From Felis catus (taxonomy: Eukaryota), in assembly GCF_018350175.1 (NCBI RefSeq), contig NC_058375.1:139438001-139502000 (forward strand): 64,000 nt of DNA, written 5' to 3'. Under the pieces are notes generated by a model that ran no database searches, was not told where the DNA came from, and saw nothing but the letters and a program-made list of their open reading frames with translations. Below, in pieces: positions 10,891 to 23,590 of this stretch; within the stretch, counting starts at the first letter, position 1, and every line of letters begins with the position of its first letter. Position numbers and translations under genes: made by a program.

Positions 10891-13456
10891 CAAGATTGTT
10901 ATTTTGAACCACATGATCCTATTCCTAGGTTACAACTGGCTGTGCCCAAGGGCTAACAATCCGTAGGATATCCAGAAACATAGGAGAAGATGAACAGGGC
11001 CATCAACTTCTCTCCCAGAACCTGGAACGAGGAAACACTTGGTGACCGAGGCGGGGAGCTGAAATGGTGCTTTGAGAGAAATGGGGAGGTAGGGCTGGAT
11101 CCATACACAAGCAGAGATGTTAAAGGGAAACAAACTGTGAGCAAGATGAGGAAGCAAATACTCTGAGAAAGCAAAAATAAGATGGTGGCTCAGCCCTAGA
11201 GAGAGTGGCTGAATGTCGCACGAACAGCAGGTCACCTGTGTGCAGTGGGAGAATTTCCTCCTCTCCATCTCACTGTTCCAACTCCTGCTCTTCCTCCCAC
11301 GAGGGGGGTTGGCTTTTCCTGGGTTCCCAAGAGCAACAGCAGAAGTACTGCTCCCCACACACATATTTTGAGGTAATTTGAGTGTGTCTCTGTCACTAAA
11401 ACTATTTATAGTCTTATTTTGAATGATGTAATTGTAGCATGATGGTAGCTTAAACGCGGGCACACACACGCACAACTTCCTGGATGTGAGGGAAGGGAGG
11501 TGTCTGTATTCTCACTCGCTCAGACATCGCTTCAGGAATACCACTCATACCCTCCAAAGAAAGGCCATGACTCTCGAGTGCCCTGGCACGCTCTCGCTTG
11601 CTTTTCTACAGAGGGACAGGCTTCTTTCACAGGTCTGTGACAGCTTTGAGAGATTTGAAGTTCATTGACCCCAAATAACAAGAACATTTAGCAGTTACTA
11701 CCCGGCTTCCTGAAGTTGATTTTATTCTGATAAACTCTTATCAGTGAGAAGTTGTTCCATAAAAATCATTTTTGAGAAGGCTTAAGTATTGGCTATCTCC
11801 CTAAAGAGAGAGAACCAGAATGTATAAGTGGAAAATGCATCTGATGTCAGAGCCCATCACCAGTCCCTTTGACTAATATGAAAAAGAAATGTTTTGGAGC
11901 AGCTGAGATATTTAGCTCTGAAAATTAGCCAGTAAGGAGCCACTTGGATAATGTTGAATATTTTTTTTCTACAAACCCCCCTTTGAAATAAACCAGACAG
12001 AGGTTCCTTTCACTTCCATGGGAGTTTTCAGCAAAAGGAGAAAGGAGGACTTTATAAGCCCGAAGCAGCCTGGGAGGCCATTCATAGACTTCCTAGCATT
12101 CTCTGCCATTTCCCAGTGTTGAAGGCCCTGAGTGTGGCTTCTCACTATCGCCATTGTCCCTCTTGGGTACTAGCCTGGCAGCTGAGCTCCCCAAAGCTTA
12201 TAGCCTTTGGGGTATGGGAAGACGTTGCCATCAGACACGATCACAGACCGTGTGGAAAAAGAGATGAGCCGGAACTGTGGCACTGGGGAGAAGAAGCACA
12301 TAGGGCTATTTTCATACCGTCCTGAATCACACTTCCTGTCTCCCGTGCCCAGTGCTCCTACAGCGAATCTGGAAAAAACCCTGCTGTGGGGGCACGCAGG
12401 GAAACCATCCGGACAGGCAGAGATTTCTCTAACTCTACATCCAGGCTGCTTCCAGGAGCAAGACCTCTATCACCTACTTCTTTGAAATGTCCTCCTCCCT
12501 GCTCCATTGCTGCTGGCATTCCACTGACTTGGCAGCAAGAATCCCCAGTCTTCAGTGGGGAGGAGGGTCATAAGCAGATTCTGACACCTGGAGAGTATAC
12601 AATGTGCTAGTTCACTATTTCCTCTCTAGAAAATCCTCATCCTCTTCAGGTTCTTCTTTTCTCATATGCATGATGATGTGTCTTTTCAAATCTTGTTTGA
12701 CAGGGTAATAGGTGTAGTTTTTAGCTCCACCCCCATCTCTAACACTCCCTTAAAACCTTTCATTTATTTGCCAGCTGTGAATGAATTTCCCAGAATTCCA
12801 TTCTGGTAAGCATTTAAAATAACTCAGGACAAAATAATCCTCAAAAGATCCTAATGATATTGTGCCTAGAGGAATACCCTATGAGCAAGATCTCAAGAGG
12901 CACAAGTCCCTTTAAGGACTTCAAAGTGATATTCGTCTCTGCTTGATTTCTGAACAAATCCACACAGGTCCAAGGGGAAGTTCCAGACCTTTCAATTCCA
13001 TACCTGCCTTCTCCTCACCGTCATAGGATCCCTTCTCACTCTGAGCCCTGTGCTCATTGAGATTAGAGCCAGGATGGGCTTTATAAGTAGATATCAACTA
13101 CACAATGTAATTTGGGGAAGTTTGAAAAGACAGCTGTTCTTATAATATATTACTCTCTCCATATTAGATTGGAATGCTTTTGGCCACAAAGTAATGGAAA
13201 AAATGCAATTGTGGTTGACACCATTTTATTTGTAAGAGACAGGTCCATGGTTCGATCAGTGGCTCAATGATGCTAACACAGAAATAGACATTCTCCACTC
13301 TTCCCCTCAGACATCTTCCGGGAGTTGACTTTCCTGCCTGCTTGCCTGTTGCCTTATAGTCACATGGCATCACATCCCCATACCAAAGTGACTGGATAAA
13401 GGACTCAAGAGCTTTCTTCTAATCAGGGTCTGTTTTTTTAAAACCTGAGAAGTCCA

Positions 13457-13694
13457 GAGGCACCTGGGTGGCTCAGTCGGTTGGGCGTCCAGCTTCAGCT
13501 CAGGTCATGATCTCACAGTCTGTGAGTTTGAGCTCTGTGTTGGGTTCTGTGCTGCCAGTTCGGAGCCTGGAGCCTGCTTTGGATTCTGTGTGTGTGTCTC
13601 TCTCTCTGCCCCTCCCTTGCTCACACTCTGTCTCTCTCTCAAAATAAAAATTAAAAAAAAAACATTAAAAAACTTTTTAAAAATGAAATAAAAT
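13457..13694 (+). mobile_element. Can-SINE
   Basis: Perfect TSD aaaacctgagaagtc 13440-13454/13695-13709. Confidence 0.96.
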
Positions 13695-14117
13695 AAAACC
13701 TGAGAAGTCGGAATTCAGTTATATGCCCTCTGGTAAACCAATCATTATTGAAGGAGAATCACATGACCATGACTGACTAGAGCAATGGTGATCCATCTCT
13801 GGAGCTGTAAATTAGCACTGGGGTCCACCCTGCCTGAGATCAAAGAATCTAGTTCTATGAGGAGGGAAGAGAGGCAAGAGCAAGGAAAGCGATTGTTAGG
13901 ATGGTAGCCAGCAGTGTCTACCATAACCATTAAATCTGTTCATGGCTGGGATCCCATTATTTTTCATTGGTGCTTTAACCTAACAGAGACTGTATACCAG
14001 TGAAAGAAAACATGTTACATTTTCAAGACATGTATAACACAATACGTATTTAGTTCATCCTATTTTTTTAGAATGATATTAAATAGAAAATTGAAAACTA
14101 CGAGAAACACATATGAG

Positions 14118-14320
14118 CAGTAGTGGTGTGCCTATAAATCTTTAGCCCCTGGCTGATGAGGAATGCTGCTGATTTATAGTTTGCTGATCTCCAGGGTATG
14201 AATACTCTCACCATGGTTGGTTTCAAGCTACCAATGGTTTAGCAACTGGCCAGCACGTTTCCCCAAAATATAATAATGAGCTCTTGTGAACTCGTATAAA
14301 TCAAGTTCAGCACATCACCA
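14118..14320. mobile_element. MER63-like hAT MITE
   Basis: cagtagtggtgtgc start; tttgctgatctcc...aatactctcaccatggttggtttcaagctaccaa...tcagcacatcac end. Confidence 0.65.
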
Positions 14321-14329
14321 AATGAATCT

Positions 14330-14470
14330 ACTCTATACTAATGTGCCAAGCAATTGTGCTGTATGCTCTTATCTGTTTGATATCACCTGTAATCTACTAC
14401 TTATACCTTGTGAGGTAGATATTATCATCACATTTCACAGATGGGAAGCTTGGCATCAAAGAAGTTGAAT
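14330..14470 (-). mobile_element. MIR fragment
   Basis: ccttgtgaggtagatattatcatcacatttcacagatgggaagct MIR core. Confidence 0.7.
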
Positions 14471-16404
14471 CTTTTCTCAATTCTTCTGACTATAGGTACC
14501 AACAGGAGACCCATGGGAGCTTAAGGTTGAGAAAGCTCCAGATGCTGGCAATTTTACCCAAATAAATACTTATTACTAGAATTGTGTGCACTGTCGACTC
14601 TTAATGCCCTTGGAGTAGTAAAGACTACAAGTGAACTGAAAGTCACTGGAAGCCTTTATTCTTGTTTTGAAAAAAAGAAAAGAAAAATGTAACGATCTCA
14701 TCAGAAACATCCAAAACAGAATACCTTCTGTTCTCATTGCGAATGTTCTACATTTGAGAGAAAGGTTAGGTCCTTCTTGTTTTTTATGACATCAAAAAGA
14801 AATTTTCTAAAAGAGCTCACATTGGCATTCGTTTCTACTTTTAGCTTTGTACCGAGGAACAGCCTTGTGGCTCAAATGCATGGGCAGCTCTCAGAACTTG
14901 TGTATTTCCTTATAATAGAAAAATTCCCCAGCCTTTCTGTGAGCTACGAAAAGCTACTCACTTTTCCCTTTGCCTACCTCATTTGGTTGTAGTGAGGTGC
15001 AACTGTGGTAGTGTGAAATGTGAAAATACTCCATAACAGTAAATTGCTTTTGAAAAAAAAATGTAAGGCACCATTGTTTTTGTTTCAACAAAAACCTTGG
15101 CTTGGGTTGAGATTTCTCCATTCAATGAGCCTTCCCTCACAAGAAGAGAAATATTCTGACTCCCTTTCCCCTTCTCCTGGATGATTCTTATTTCATATTC
15201 TTTTCCCTTCTGCCTATTGACGTGGAAGGTTGGAAAATTCTCTTGATTCCAATTCATCAGTCAGGGTTCCCAGCAGGGTCCAAGTCATCCACTATGGAGG
15301 CAGGGACAGGAAGCAGCTGCTGTCACATTTCTGGGATTTCACTGCCATGTCCATCCCAGTGCTCTACCTCCACAGTCTTAAGGTAAGGCCAGCTGGTCAG
15401 TAACCTCTTCCAGTGTTTCTGGCTCACTGGCCTGGTGCTGGTGTGAGGTTTTGTTGCAAGCCTAATGTCCAGGGATGGTGTGAATTCTGCCCAGGAGAAC
15501 TCTGCCTGCACCATTCAGAGCCAGAAAGATGCCAAAAGGACAGAGAGCTTTGTTTTCCTTGACAACAAACTGCGTGATGTTCTCTGCCTCTCTCTCCCAC
15601 TTCACCCAGATTCTATGTATTACCGTCTCCAAGATCCCTTCCCCTGTGGCGAGCCATGCCAACACAGGGTCCCACGTTGTTCAACATTACACAAAGGGTC
15701 TTAAGCGATGGGCTCCCCTGTTCTCTATCCTTGATTGTGAACACAACCCATTTGCTCCCCTCAGAACAACTCTACAGCTGCAACATTCTGTACGGGAACA
15801 ATTAAGCTCTTCATTTAAAAAAATAAAGCCTACTCCCGCAAACAATTGTATTACTCTCAAAGTTGTCCTCTCCTGGATGTTATAGGCATTTATTAATTAG
15901 CCACTAAATACCCTGGAGATGGAGAAGATGCAGTGAGATTGGGCACAGGTGAGAACTCAAATCAGACTGGTAGGAAGCGACCGAAATTGTGCTAAAGGCA
16001 AATTCTGGTTACAAAATAAGACATCTCTCTGAACTCCTGTTGCCTTTTCCCTCAGAAGCAAACTCGTATCTTGGTGTGCTCTGAGAATTGGGAATTAGAA
16101 GAAGCCGGCAAGACACAGTGACCTTTGAGATCGTTCTTACGCACGTTGTATGCAAAGCAAAGCAGGTTTTAGAATGAGCGCCATCATAATGCCTTTGCAT
16201 CCAAACGCAGTGTAACAAAAATGTTTCTATAACTGAGTCTGCACTCTCCCACTTATTTTTCCTTTCATGGTTTTAGAGCCATTTTCCAGTTTCTGGCTTA
16301 CACTGTTTTACAGGTGTGCTGTCTGGTCACATCATACTGGAAGATAATGCCACAACTTTGTAGAGGTCTTCCGGAAAATTTTATAGCAGATAAACTGATA
16401 CAGC

Positions 16405-16922
16405 CACTCTCAAAGAGTGCTCTGTAGACTCCTGGGAGTGCACAAGCCCCTTTTGGGGGGATTAGAAAGGTCAAAACTATTTTCATTATAATACTAAGAT
16501 GTTATTTGAGGGGCGCCTGGGTGGCTCAGTCGGTTAAGCAGCCGACTTCGGCTCAGGTCATGATCTCACGGTTCGTGAGTTCGAGCCCCGCGTCGGGCTC
16601 TGTGCTGACTGCTCAGAGCCCGGAGCCTGTTTCAGATTCTGTGTCTCCCTCTCTCTCTCTGACCCTCCCCCATTCATGCTCTGTCTCTCTCTGTCTCAAA
16701 AGTAAATAAACGTTAAAAAAAAATTTTTTTTTTTAAATAAAAATAAATAAATAAATAAAGATGTTATTTGGCTTTGCTGCTCTGTTAACATCTGCACTGA
16801 TGATGAGTGGCAGTCAAACTAGCTGGTACCTTTGCACAAATCAAGATAGTAAGTAGCCCCGGGGCAGAAAAGAAGAAAACACAAGAATAGAAAAGAAAAG
16901 AAAAAATGGATTCACACACACA

Positions 16923-16956
<34 letters not shown>

Positions 16957-17895
16957 GAAAAGAAAAAAGAAAAGGTAAGTTAAGGATTTCCTTGGCGGGA
17001 ATCATAAAAATTATCGATTTCACTTAATATTGATTCTTGAGTTCATGTCTCTTTAATATTCTAATACAATGGGAAGCATGCATAAAGCACTGTCTTATGC
17101 TGAAGTACAACGTAGCTCAAAAAAAGCAATTGTGTGATTATTTGAATTGCAAGCTGAACTACTACTTTTACATGGTTATTTTGGAGAACTTTTCTTGAAA
17201 ATTAACAAAGTGGGCCTGACATTATAAAGGAAAATAACTGACAATATTATTGTCAATAATAAACTTCAAGCCCTCGAACAAAAATTACCAAAATAACTAA
17301 TTTTGGAAAAATTGTGTCTGCCACTGTGAACTTGACAACGTCCCAATACTTAAAGAGTTTTCTGACAATAGCAGTAGTGATATTAATGGATTTTTTTTTG
17401 ATATTGCATAATAAAATGCATGAACATTTGGAAGATATGCATAACTCAGTGAGCCACGACTTTTTAAGAGACCAAACAATATGCTATTAGAAAATCATGC
17501 ATGGATCCAAAGTTCAAGATAAGGGAATATAACAAACATTTCATATTTCACATTGAATTCATCTTTTAGAAACTACCAATTGTTGAGTTTTAGAATAGTA
17601 TCAAAGAATATCCATGGTTATCTGAAAAGGCTAATATAATACTTCTTCCTTTTCCAACCACATATCTGGGTGATGCTGGATTTTTTTTCTCATATACTTC
17701 AACCAAAACAACCTAACAAAGAAATATTATTTTTAAGTGATGTCATAAATTATGTCTTTAAAATGTCTCAGTTTTAATTTTCAGTATGGTAAATACTGAT
17801 AGATATATAACCCTCATTACAAAAGCACTTTAGAGATCCTCAGTACTTTTAAAAAATATAAAGGGTCTTAGGTCCAAAAAGTTTGAGAACACTTG
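16405..17895. mobile_element. Charlie1-like hAT DNA transposon relic carrying a SINE and a simple repeat
   Basis: aggtcaaaactattttcattataatactaagatgttatttg; aaagaatatccatggttatctgaaaaggcta; terminal ccaaaaagtttgagaacact. Confidence 0.75.
16510..16757 (+). mobile_element. Young Can-SINE (CpGs retained)
   Basis: ggggcgcc head, B box gttcgagccc; TSD aagatgttatttg. Confidence 0.97.
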
Positions 17896-18084
17896 GACTA
17901 AACGAGGCATGTTGGAATCTAATTAGAAAGCAATAAAGGTAATCTTGAACAGATGTGTTAGAATTTATGCAACCAATTGAGTTGTTGCCTGTAGATTGCA
18001 GGTGGGTTGGGACCACCATCATTGGGTAACCATTAGAAGCCCCTTCTGCAGCTTCTATAGGACATGCACACACACTCCTACTAC

Positions 18085-18238
18085 TTTATTTATTTATTTA
18101 TTTATTTATTTTCCAATTTTTTAAGCTTCATGCCTAGCATGGAGCCCAAGTGGGGCTTTAACTCACAACCCTGAGATCAAGACCTGAGCTGAGATCAGGA
18201 GTTGGACGTTTAACCAACTGAGCCACCCAGGTGACCCC
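18085..18238 (-). mobile_element. Short Can-SINE lacking the CT tract
   Basis: tRNA-like portion joined to a (ttta)n tail; TSD tcctactac. Confidence 0.85.
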
Positions 18239-18494
18239 GTCCTACTACATGATAATCACAAGGCATTTTAATCAAAATCCGGCTACCTGATTGTGACAAA
18301 CTTGTTCATTGCAAATTTGACCTCAAAAGACTTATCTATCTCTGAAAATAAAATCGACCTTCAAAGGCCGGATGTTTGCTGTCTCAGCAGTAAACAAACA
18401 GTAAAAAGCATTTGTCACAGTCTCAACAATTTAGGTAATAGATGGAATTTTGGAAGGTTCCAGGATGAAAAGAGTGCCAGAAGGAAGTCTAGTC

Positions 18495-18880
18495 ATTTAT
18501 TCCCTTATTCGAAAGATATTGACCGCTCTGGGTCAGTTGCTGGGCAGAGTACTGGGGATATGGTGCTGAGCCCACAGACCCAATCCTAGCTCGTGCAGAG
18601 TAAGGTGGCACATTAGACAAGTAGACATGCAAAGGACTATCTATTGGGATAAATGCAACATAGGAGAAAAGAGACAGGAAGCACAGGAGACTATAGGCAG
18701 GGGAGACCATCTCTAGACTGGTGAGAAGGGAAGCTTCTCTGAGGAGGAAACATGGACCTGAAGGGTGAGAAAGAGCTCATCACGTGCAGGATGAGGGAGG
18801 CTGTTCCAGACTGGATGGCACAGATCTGTGAAAGTATTGGATCATCTACTTTTTGGAGGGTTGGGAAAATTCTGGGCACA
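18495..18880 (-). mobile_element. L2 fragment
   Basis: atttattcccttattcgaaagatattga terminus; gggaagcttctctgaggagg. Confidence 0.65.
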
Positions 18881-19145
18881 TGTAGCACAGCAGCTGAGAG
18901 CATAGGATCAGAAGTCTGTTTGGGTTTCAATCCCAGCTCTACTACTGGCTGGCTCTCTGACAGAGAATTTACTCAGTCTTCCTGTGTGGGCAAGGGGAAG
19001 ATGTTTTATTGGAGTATAATTGACATGCAGCCTTTCTGTGTTTTGGTATTTTCATCTATAAAATAGGAAAGGTAGTATGCTCTTGCAGATTGGTATGTCC
19101 TGTGGATTTCATGAGATAATTCATGCAAAGTGGTAGGCTCATGGC
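18880..19145 (+). mobile_element. MIR with a 40-nt internal insertion
   Basis: gggtttcaatcccagctctactact...ttttcatctataaaatagg...catgagataattcatgcaaag. Confidence 0.7.
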
Positions 19146-21126
19146 GGGGGGGGGGGGGGGATCAATCGATAGTAGTGATGTAATATTGGTTTGCAGGAAC
19201 TGAGGTAGTTGGCCCTGGCCAGGCTGAAGTATCCTAAGGGCAATGCCATGGACTTGGTTTAGCATCAGACCCCAATGAATCCTTGTTATTATATAGAATA
19301 GTGTGTATCTCAAGGCAAGCTAGTGTCAAGAATCCCAAAGAAGATTGGAAGAAATATGTTGGTGAGCGAAGCAGTTATCAAAACTCCTAATTCACATGCA
19401 TGCTTAGGGCTAGAGCTTACCGAATGGGCTCATCAAAGGCACAGACAGGTGGAGGCTGGGGTTATGAACAGGAGAGAGTGCCAAGCAGTGAGCAGGACAG
19501 ATGGGAGCATGGGCGACAAGCCCAGATCAGGACTCAAGAGATGGGGCAGGCATAAGCCAAGGCATGGTCTCAGACGGTAACTAGAATCATCCCTAGTAGG
19601 CTTCATTACCCTGAAAGGGGATCTAACAAGATCACAGTTATTAAACATTGGTGCCTATTAGTATGCTGAGCTAGGCTCCACTTACTTCATCCATGAACTT
19701 TTCAGATTGCCCTTGGTGAAAATGCTCTCTCCTCCTGGAAAATGTGAGTGAGGGTAGAGGAGAGTTCACCTAGGCATCATGTTGAGGTTGGCAACTCTGA
19801 GTTCCCATGCTCTTTGTATTTTCCTTCTGGCTCTAGGGCCCCTGTCCAGATGGCCATCTGTTCTTTGCTTCTGCAGCCTACAGAAGGCTGGGATGATTTG
19901 GGGTCTTTATCTGAACAGCTTCCTATTCAAATAAAAAATTAGGAAGCAATTTAATCTTTACTTAGGTCTCTTAGAAAATTCCAAGGGGAGAGATCGAATG
20001 TTGCTCGACACACCAGCAAACATCCTAACATTCCTTTTCATCCACCTATTGCCCTAAGGTCCTTCCCCTCCCAACATCTGCTTCTCTCCCCACCTCCTAG
20101 ACTTCCTCAAAGTGCTATGATGGCTCTCCTCACTTCAGCCACTTCTACTCCCCTCATAGGGAAAGGCAAGAAGTCTCTACTGTATGGTCCCATTACACTC
20201 CTCCAGGAGAGAGGCAGAGGTAGATTAGGTTTTATCCAGTCTTTCACACAGCTGTGTTCAAGAATATAATGGGGTTTGGAAGCTGGTGTCAACATAGTTT
20301 TTAATCTGAGCCACTACATTGACTATGAAAATTATTAGGTCTCTGAGAGAGTCGTGTAGGATTTCTCTCTGTTACTCTTTATTACTTTCAAGTGTGTATA
20401 TATTCCATCTCCCAGTAAAAAACTAGGTCACAAAAATCAAAGCTATTTTACAAATCATTGGTATTAAGTCCAAAATAATGTGATCGTCCACCCATTGGAA
20501 ATGGTGTGTAATGACACCCTGTGTGGAACAGTTTCGCCTGCCCCTCCATGTCCTCACCCTTCTCCCCCCTGTCCTGGACCCAAGGAGGCTCACCTTTGTG
20601 GACTGAGTTGGTAGATAACCCTTGCCAACTTGATTGCCACCAATAAGTAACAACAGCAGTTGAGGGGGAGAAAAAGTGACAGAGAGAGAGAGAGAAAGGA
20701 AAAAAAAGATCAAGGTTAGGAGGTGATTCTTTTTTGTGCTCCCTCCCTGCCTGATCCCTGCAAGCTGGCTGCGTCCTCTTCTGTGGCCACAGCTCATTGC
20801 AAATGGCTCTTTCTATAGCTCTCTCTGTCTTCCTCTCTCTTCCTGTAACCACTCTCCCCTCCTGTATTCCTTCAGGCCTAAAGGTGACAAGAGTGCCTCA
20901 CTGTTAGACCCAGACATGGCGCTAGCCTTTGATTTCCTAATACATCCTGTAAACAATTCCTTTATCAATCCATTTTCTTCCTGTCAAGACCCTGCCTCTA
21001 ACACCACTCTAATAAACAGACAACAAACAAATCAAAGGAAAAAGTTTAGTGCAATAAAAAGATGAGAACAGTTTAAGACCCCTTATTTGGAAAAGGCGCT
21101 GACAGCAGATAAGAGGATATAGTTTA

Positions 21127-21387
21127 GGGGCACCTGGGTGGCTCAGTCAGTTAAGCGTCTGACTTTGGCTCAGGTCATGATCTCATGGTTTGTGGGTTCA
21201 GGGCATGCGTCGGACTCTGTGCTGACAGCTCAGAGCCTGCAGCCTGCTTCAGATTTGTGTCCCCTCTCTCTCTCTGCCACCCCCTGCTCATGTTCTGTCT
21301 CTCTGCTTCAAAAATAAATGAACATTAAAAAAAATTTTTTTAAACTGTCATTGTAAGAGCACTGAAGATGTTATGTTTAAAAAAGAG
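21127..21387 (+). mobile_element. Can-SINE with extra 3' sequence inside its TSD
   Basis: TSD agaggatatagtttag 21112-21127 / agaagatatagtttag 21388-21403. Confidence 0.93.
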
Positions 21388-22279
21388 AGAAGATATAGTT
21401 TAGTACTTATTTTGCTTACATCTTCATGAAGGAAATGGTCTGTTATTCATACATGAAAGGAAAGACAAAAAATATTTACTTTGCTTTTCATTTAGCCATG
21501 GATACAGAATGTATCAGAAGCTGGATGTGATGACGGTACACATGTTCCCCAAGCTTCTCCCTGCCCTGGGTTCCCTTAAGGGCTATAGCTGCTGCCTGTT
21601 GCTTTCGTGCAGGTGGAGGCCTGCTATCTGAACATGCGACTGTAAAGTCCTTCCTGTAGTCCATTACATGAGCTTCGGCCCCTTCTGGGCGTTAACCCCA
21701 TGGCACAATACTTGCAGACGACCCCGGGCCTCTCTGTGCCCATCCCTTCAATCCCCCCTAGTGTCTCATCTGAGACTTTCCTGCCACATAATTTCATAGC
21801 TGCTCTCCACTGTCTTTGAGTTATACAGAAAGAATATTATTTAAAAGCTTTCATACACTCGAATTGCGTTAATTCTTAGATATTTCTAGTCCATGGTTCA
21901 CACCTATATTTCCTCTGAACTTTTTTGAATTTTGTTGTTGAGGGCAGAGATTACATCTTCCATCTCTGCAGCCCCATTCTCTTTTTTACAAGCCATTTGT
22001 TTATGGAGTGCCTAGTATGAACCAGATACCGTACAATAGTGAGCAAAACAGACCCAGTTTCCATTTTCATGGATCTTATAGCTCAACACGAAAATAATAA
22101 GCAAGAAAGCCTACTAATAAATGCTTAATTGCAAATCTTGATGTGTACTATGAGGGAATGGTGTACAATGTTTTAATATGTAATGGGTCATTTAAGCCAC
22201 TTGGAGGGTCCAAGGAAGGCATCCTAGAGGTGGAGACACATTAGCTAAAATATGAAGGATAAGCAGGAATCAGTTATGT

Positions 22280-22495
22280 CAGTGAGCCTCAAGTAGGACT
22301 CATTTTGCCCCCTAGGGGACATCTGGCAATATCTGGAGACATTTTTGGTCGTCACAATTGGGGTAGGGGTACTGCTGGCATCTAGTGGGTAGAGGCAAGA
22401 GATGCTGCTAAATATCCAAAGATGCACCGGAAAACTCTCAAAACAAAAACTTATCTGGTCCAAACTGCCAATTGTAGCGATGTAGAGAAGCATGA
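22280..22495. mobile_element. MER20 hAT MITE inserted in L2
   Basis: ttttgccccctaggggacatctggcaatatctggagacatttttggtcgtcacaa...ggcatctagtgggtagaggc matches recalled MER20. Confidence 0.88.
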
Positions 22496-23004
22496 ACTAG
22501 GTAAATGTAAGCCAGAGAGAAAAATATATTCAAAGACCTATCTCATACCTAGCTTGGTGCAGAGAAGTCATCCAATATTGAAGTGAACTTCCAGTTTAAA
22601 TTGTCTGGGATATCACCTCTATTTTTATCTTTTGTCTATACTTCTGTTGGTTAAAATTCTCTTTTATAAAGCAGGGCTAGAAATGAATATGACAAAACCA
22701 TTTGTCTCCAGAGTGTATGTGTAACTGAAAACTTGATTCAGGCAAGAGAGTGAAATATAGTCAATGGATTTGAAAAATTTTTTTTTACTCAAAACTGCTT
22801 GAAAATAGAAAATGCCCTCTTCATCATGACTGGTAATATGACTTCCTAAAAGTGGACATTTGTCGTTGGAATCTCCATAGGATGACCTGGGTTGGGCTGA
22901 AATGGAAATTGTGATTTTTAGGAACTAAATGAAATGGGAGTTAGGAAAAAGAGTGAAAGGTATCTAAGATTTGTAGAGTACTTTCTAAAGTCCAGGCCCA
23001 TGGG

Positions 23005-23590
23005 TACATTATTCGTTCATTTAGCAACTATTTATTGGGCTCAACTGCCCCAGATATCTGGGCTTGAAAAAAATAAAATTAAGGTGACAGATGAGCAAAC
23101 AGTGAAACAGTGATAATGTTCCAATAGACTTAATTTTGCATGAAGTACTGAGAGAAGGCCTGAATCAATGATGCTGGAGGTCAGGAGAGGATAGGAGGAC
23201 TCCCCCCATCAGGGTGTCTTCACAGAGAAGGGATTGATAGATACGAACCTTGAGGATAGAATATGAGAATACCAAGCAGAAACTCCAGGGAATAGAATGT
23301 AAACAAGCAAATTCTAAAAGAGCATGGCTGGCTTGAGGTACAGCAGATGTGTGGTATGACAGAAAAGATGTGCACATTGGGGGAGTGAGGGATGGGGAGG
23401 GGTGACAGAGGGTGAGGTCATGGAGGGCTCTGTGCCATGCTAAGGAAGCAAAGGATATGCACAAATGCATTCGCATGTTCAGAATGACCATTCTGGAAAC
23501 ACTGTGGAGACTGGATGGGAAGAAGGCAAGGCTGAGCAAGAGTGTCTAGTTAGGAGACCACTGGAATTAGGAGACCAGTAAGAGTCCAGG
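23005..23590 (-). mobile_element. L2 fragment
   Basis: ttcatttagcaactatttattg terminus; tcagaatgaccattctgg...gtggagactggatggga...ctagttaggagac. Confidence 0.65.

Noticed and set aside
10930-11475. 181-aa minus-strand ORF in unique sequence
   Set aside because: Non-ATG start, no recognisable domain, no convincing splice context; length within chance range.
16510-16600. tRNA-like A/B boxes
   Set aside because: tRNA-derived SINE heads followed by CT tract and A tail; not tRNA genes.
21345-21378. Resemblance of the transduced tag to the flank at about 16483-16508 (tcattataatactaagatgttat)
   Set aside because: Needs several gaps in AT-rich sequence, and that flank lies 5' of its SINE; probably chance.
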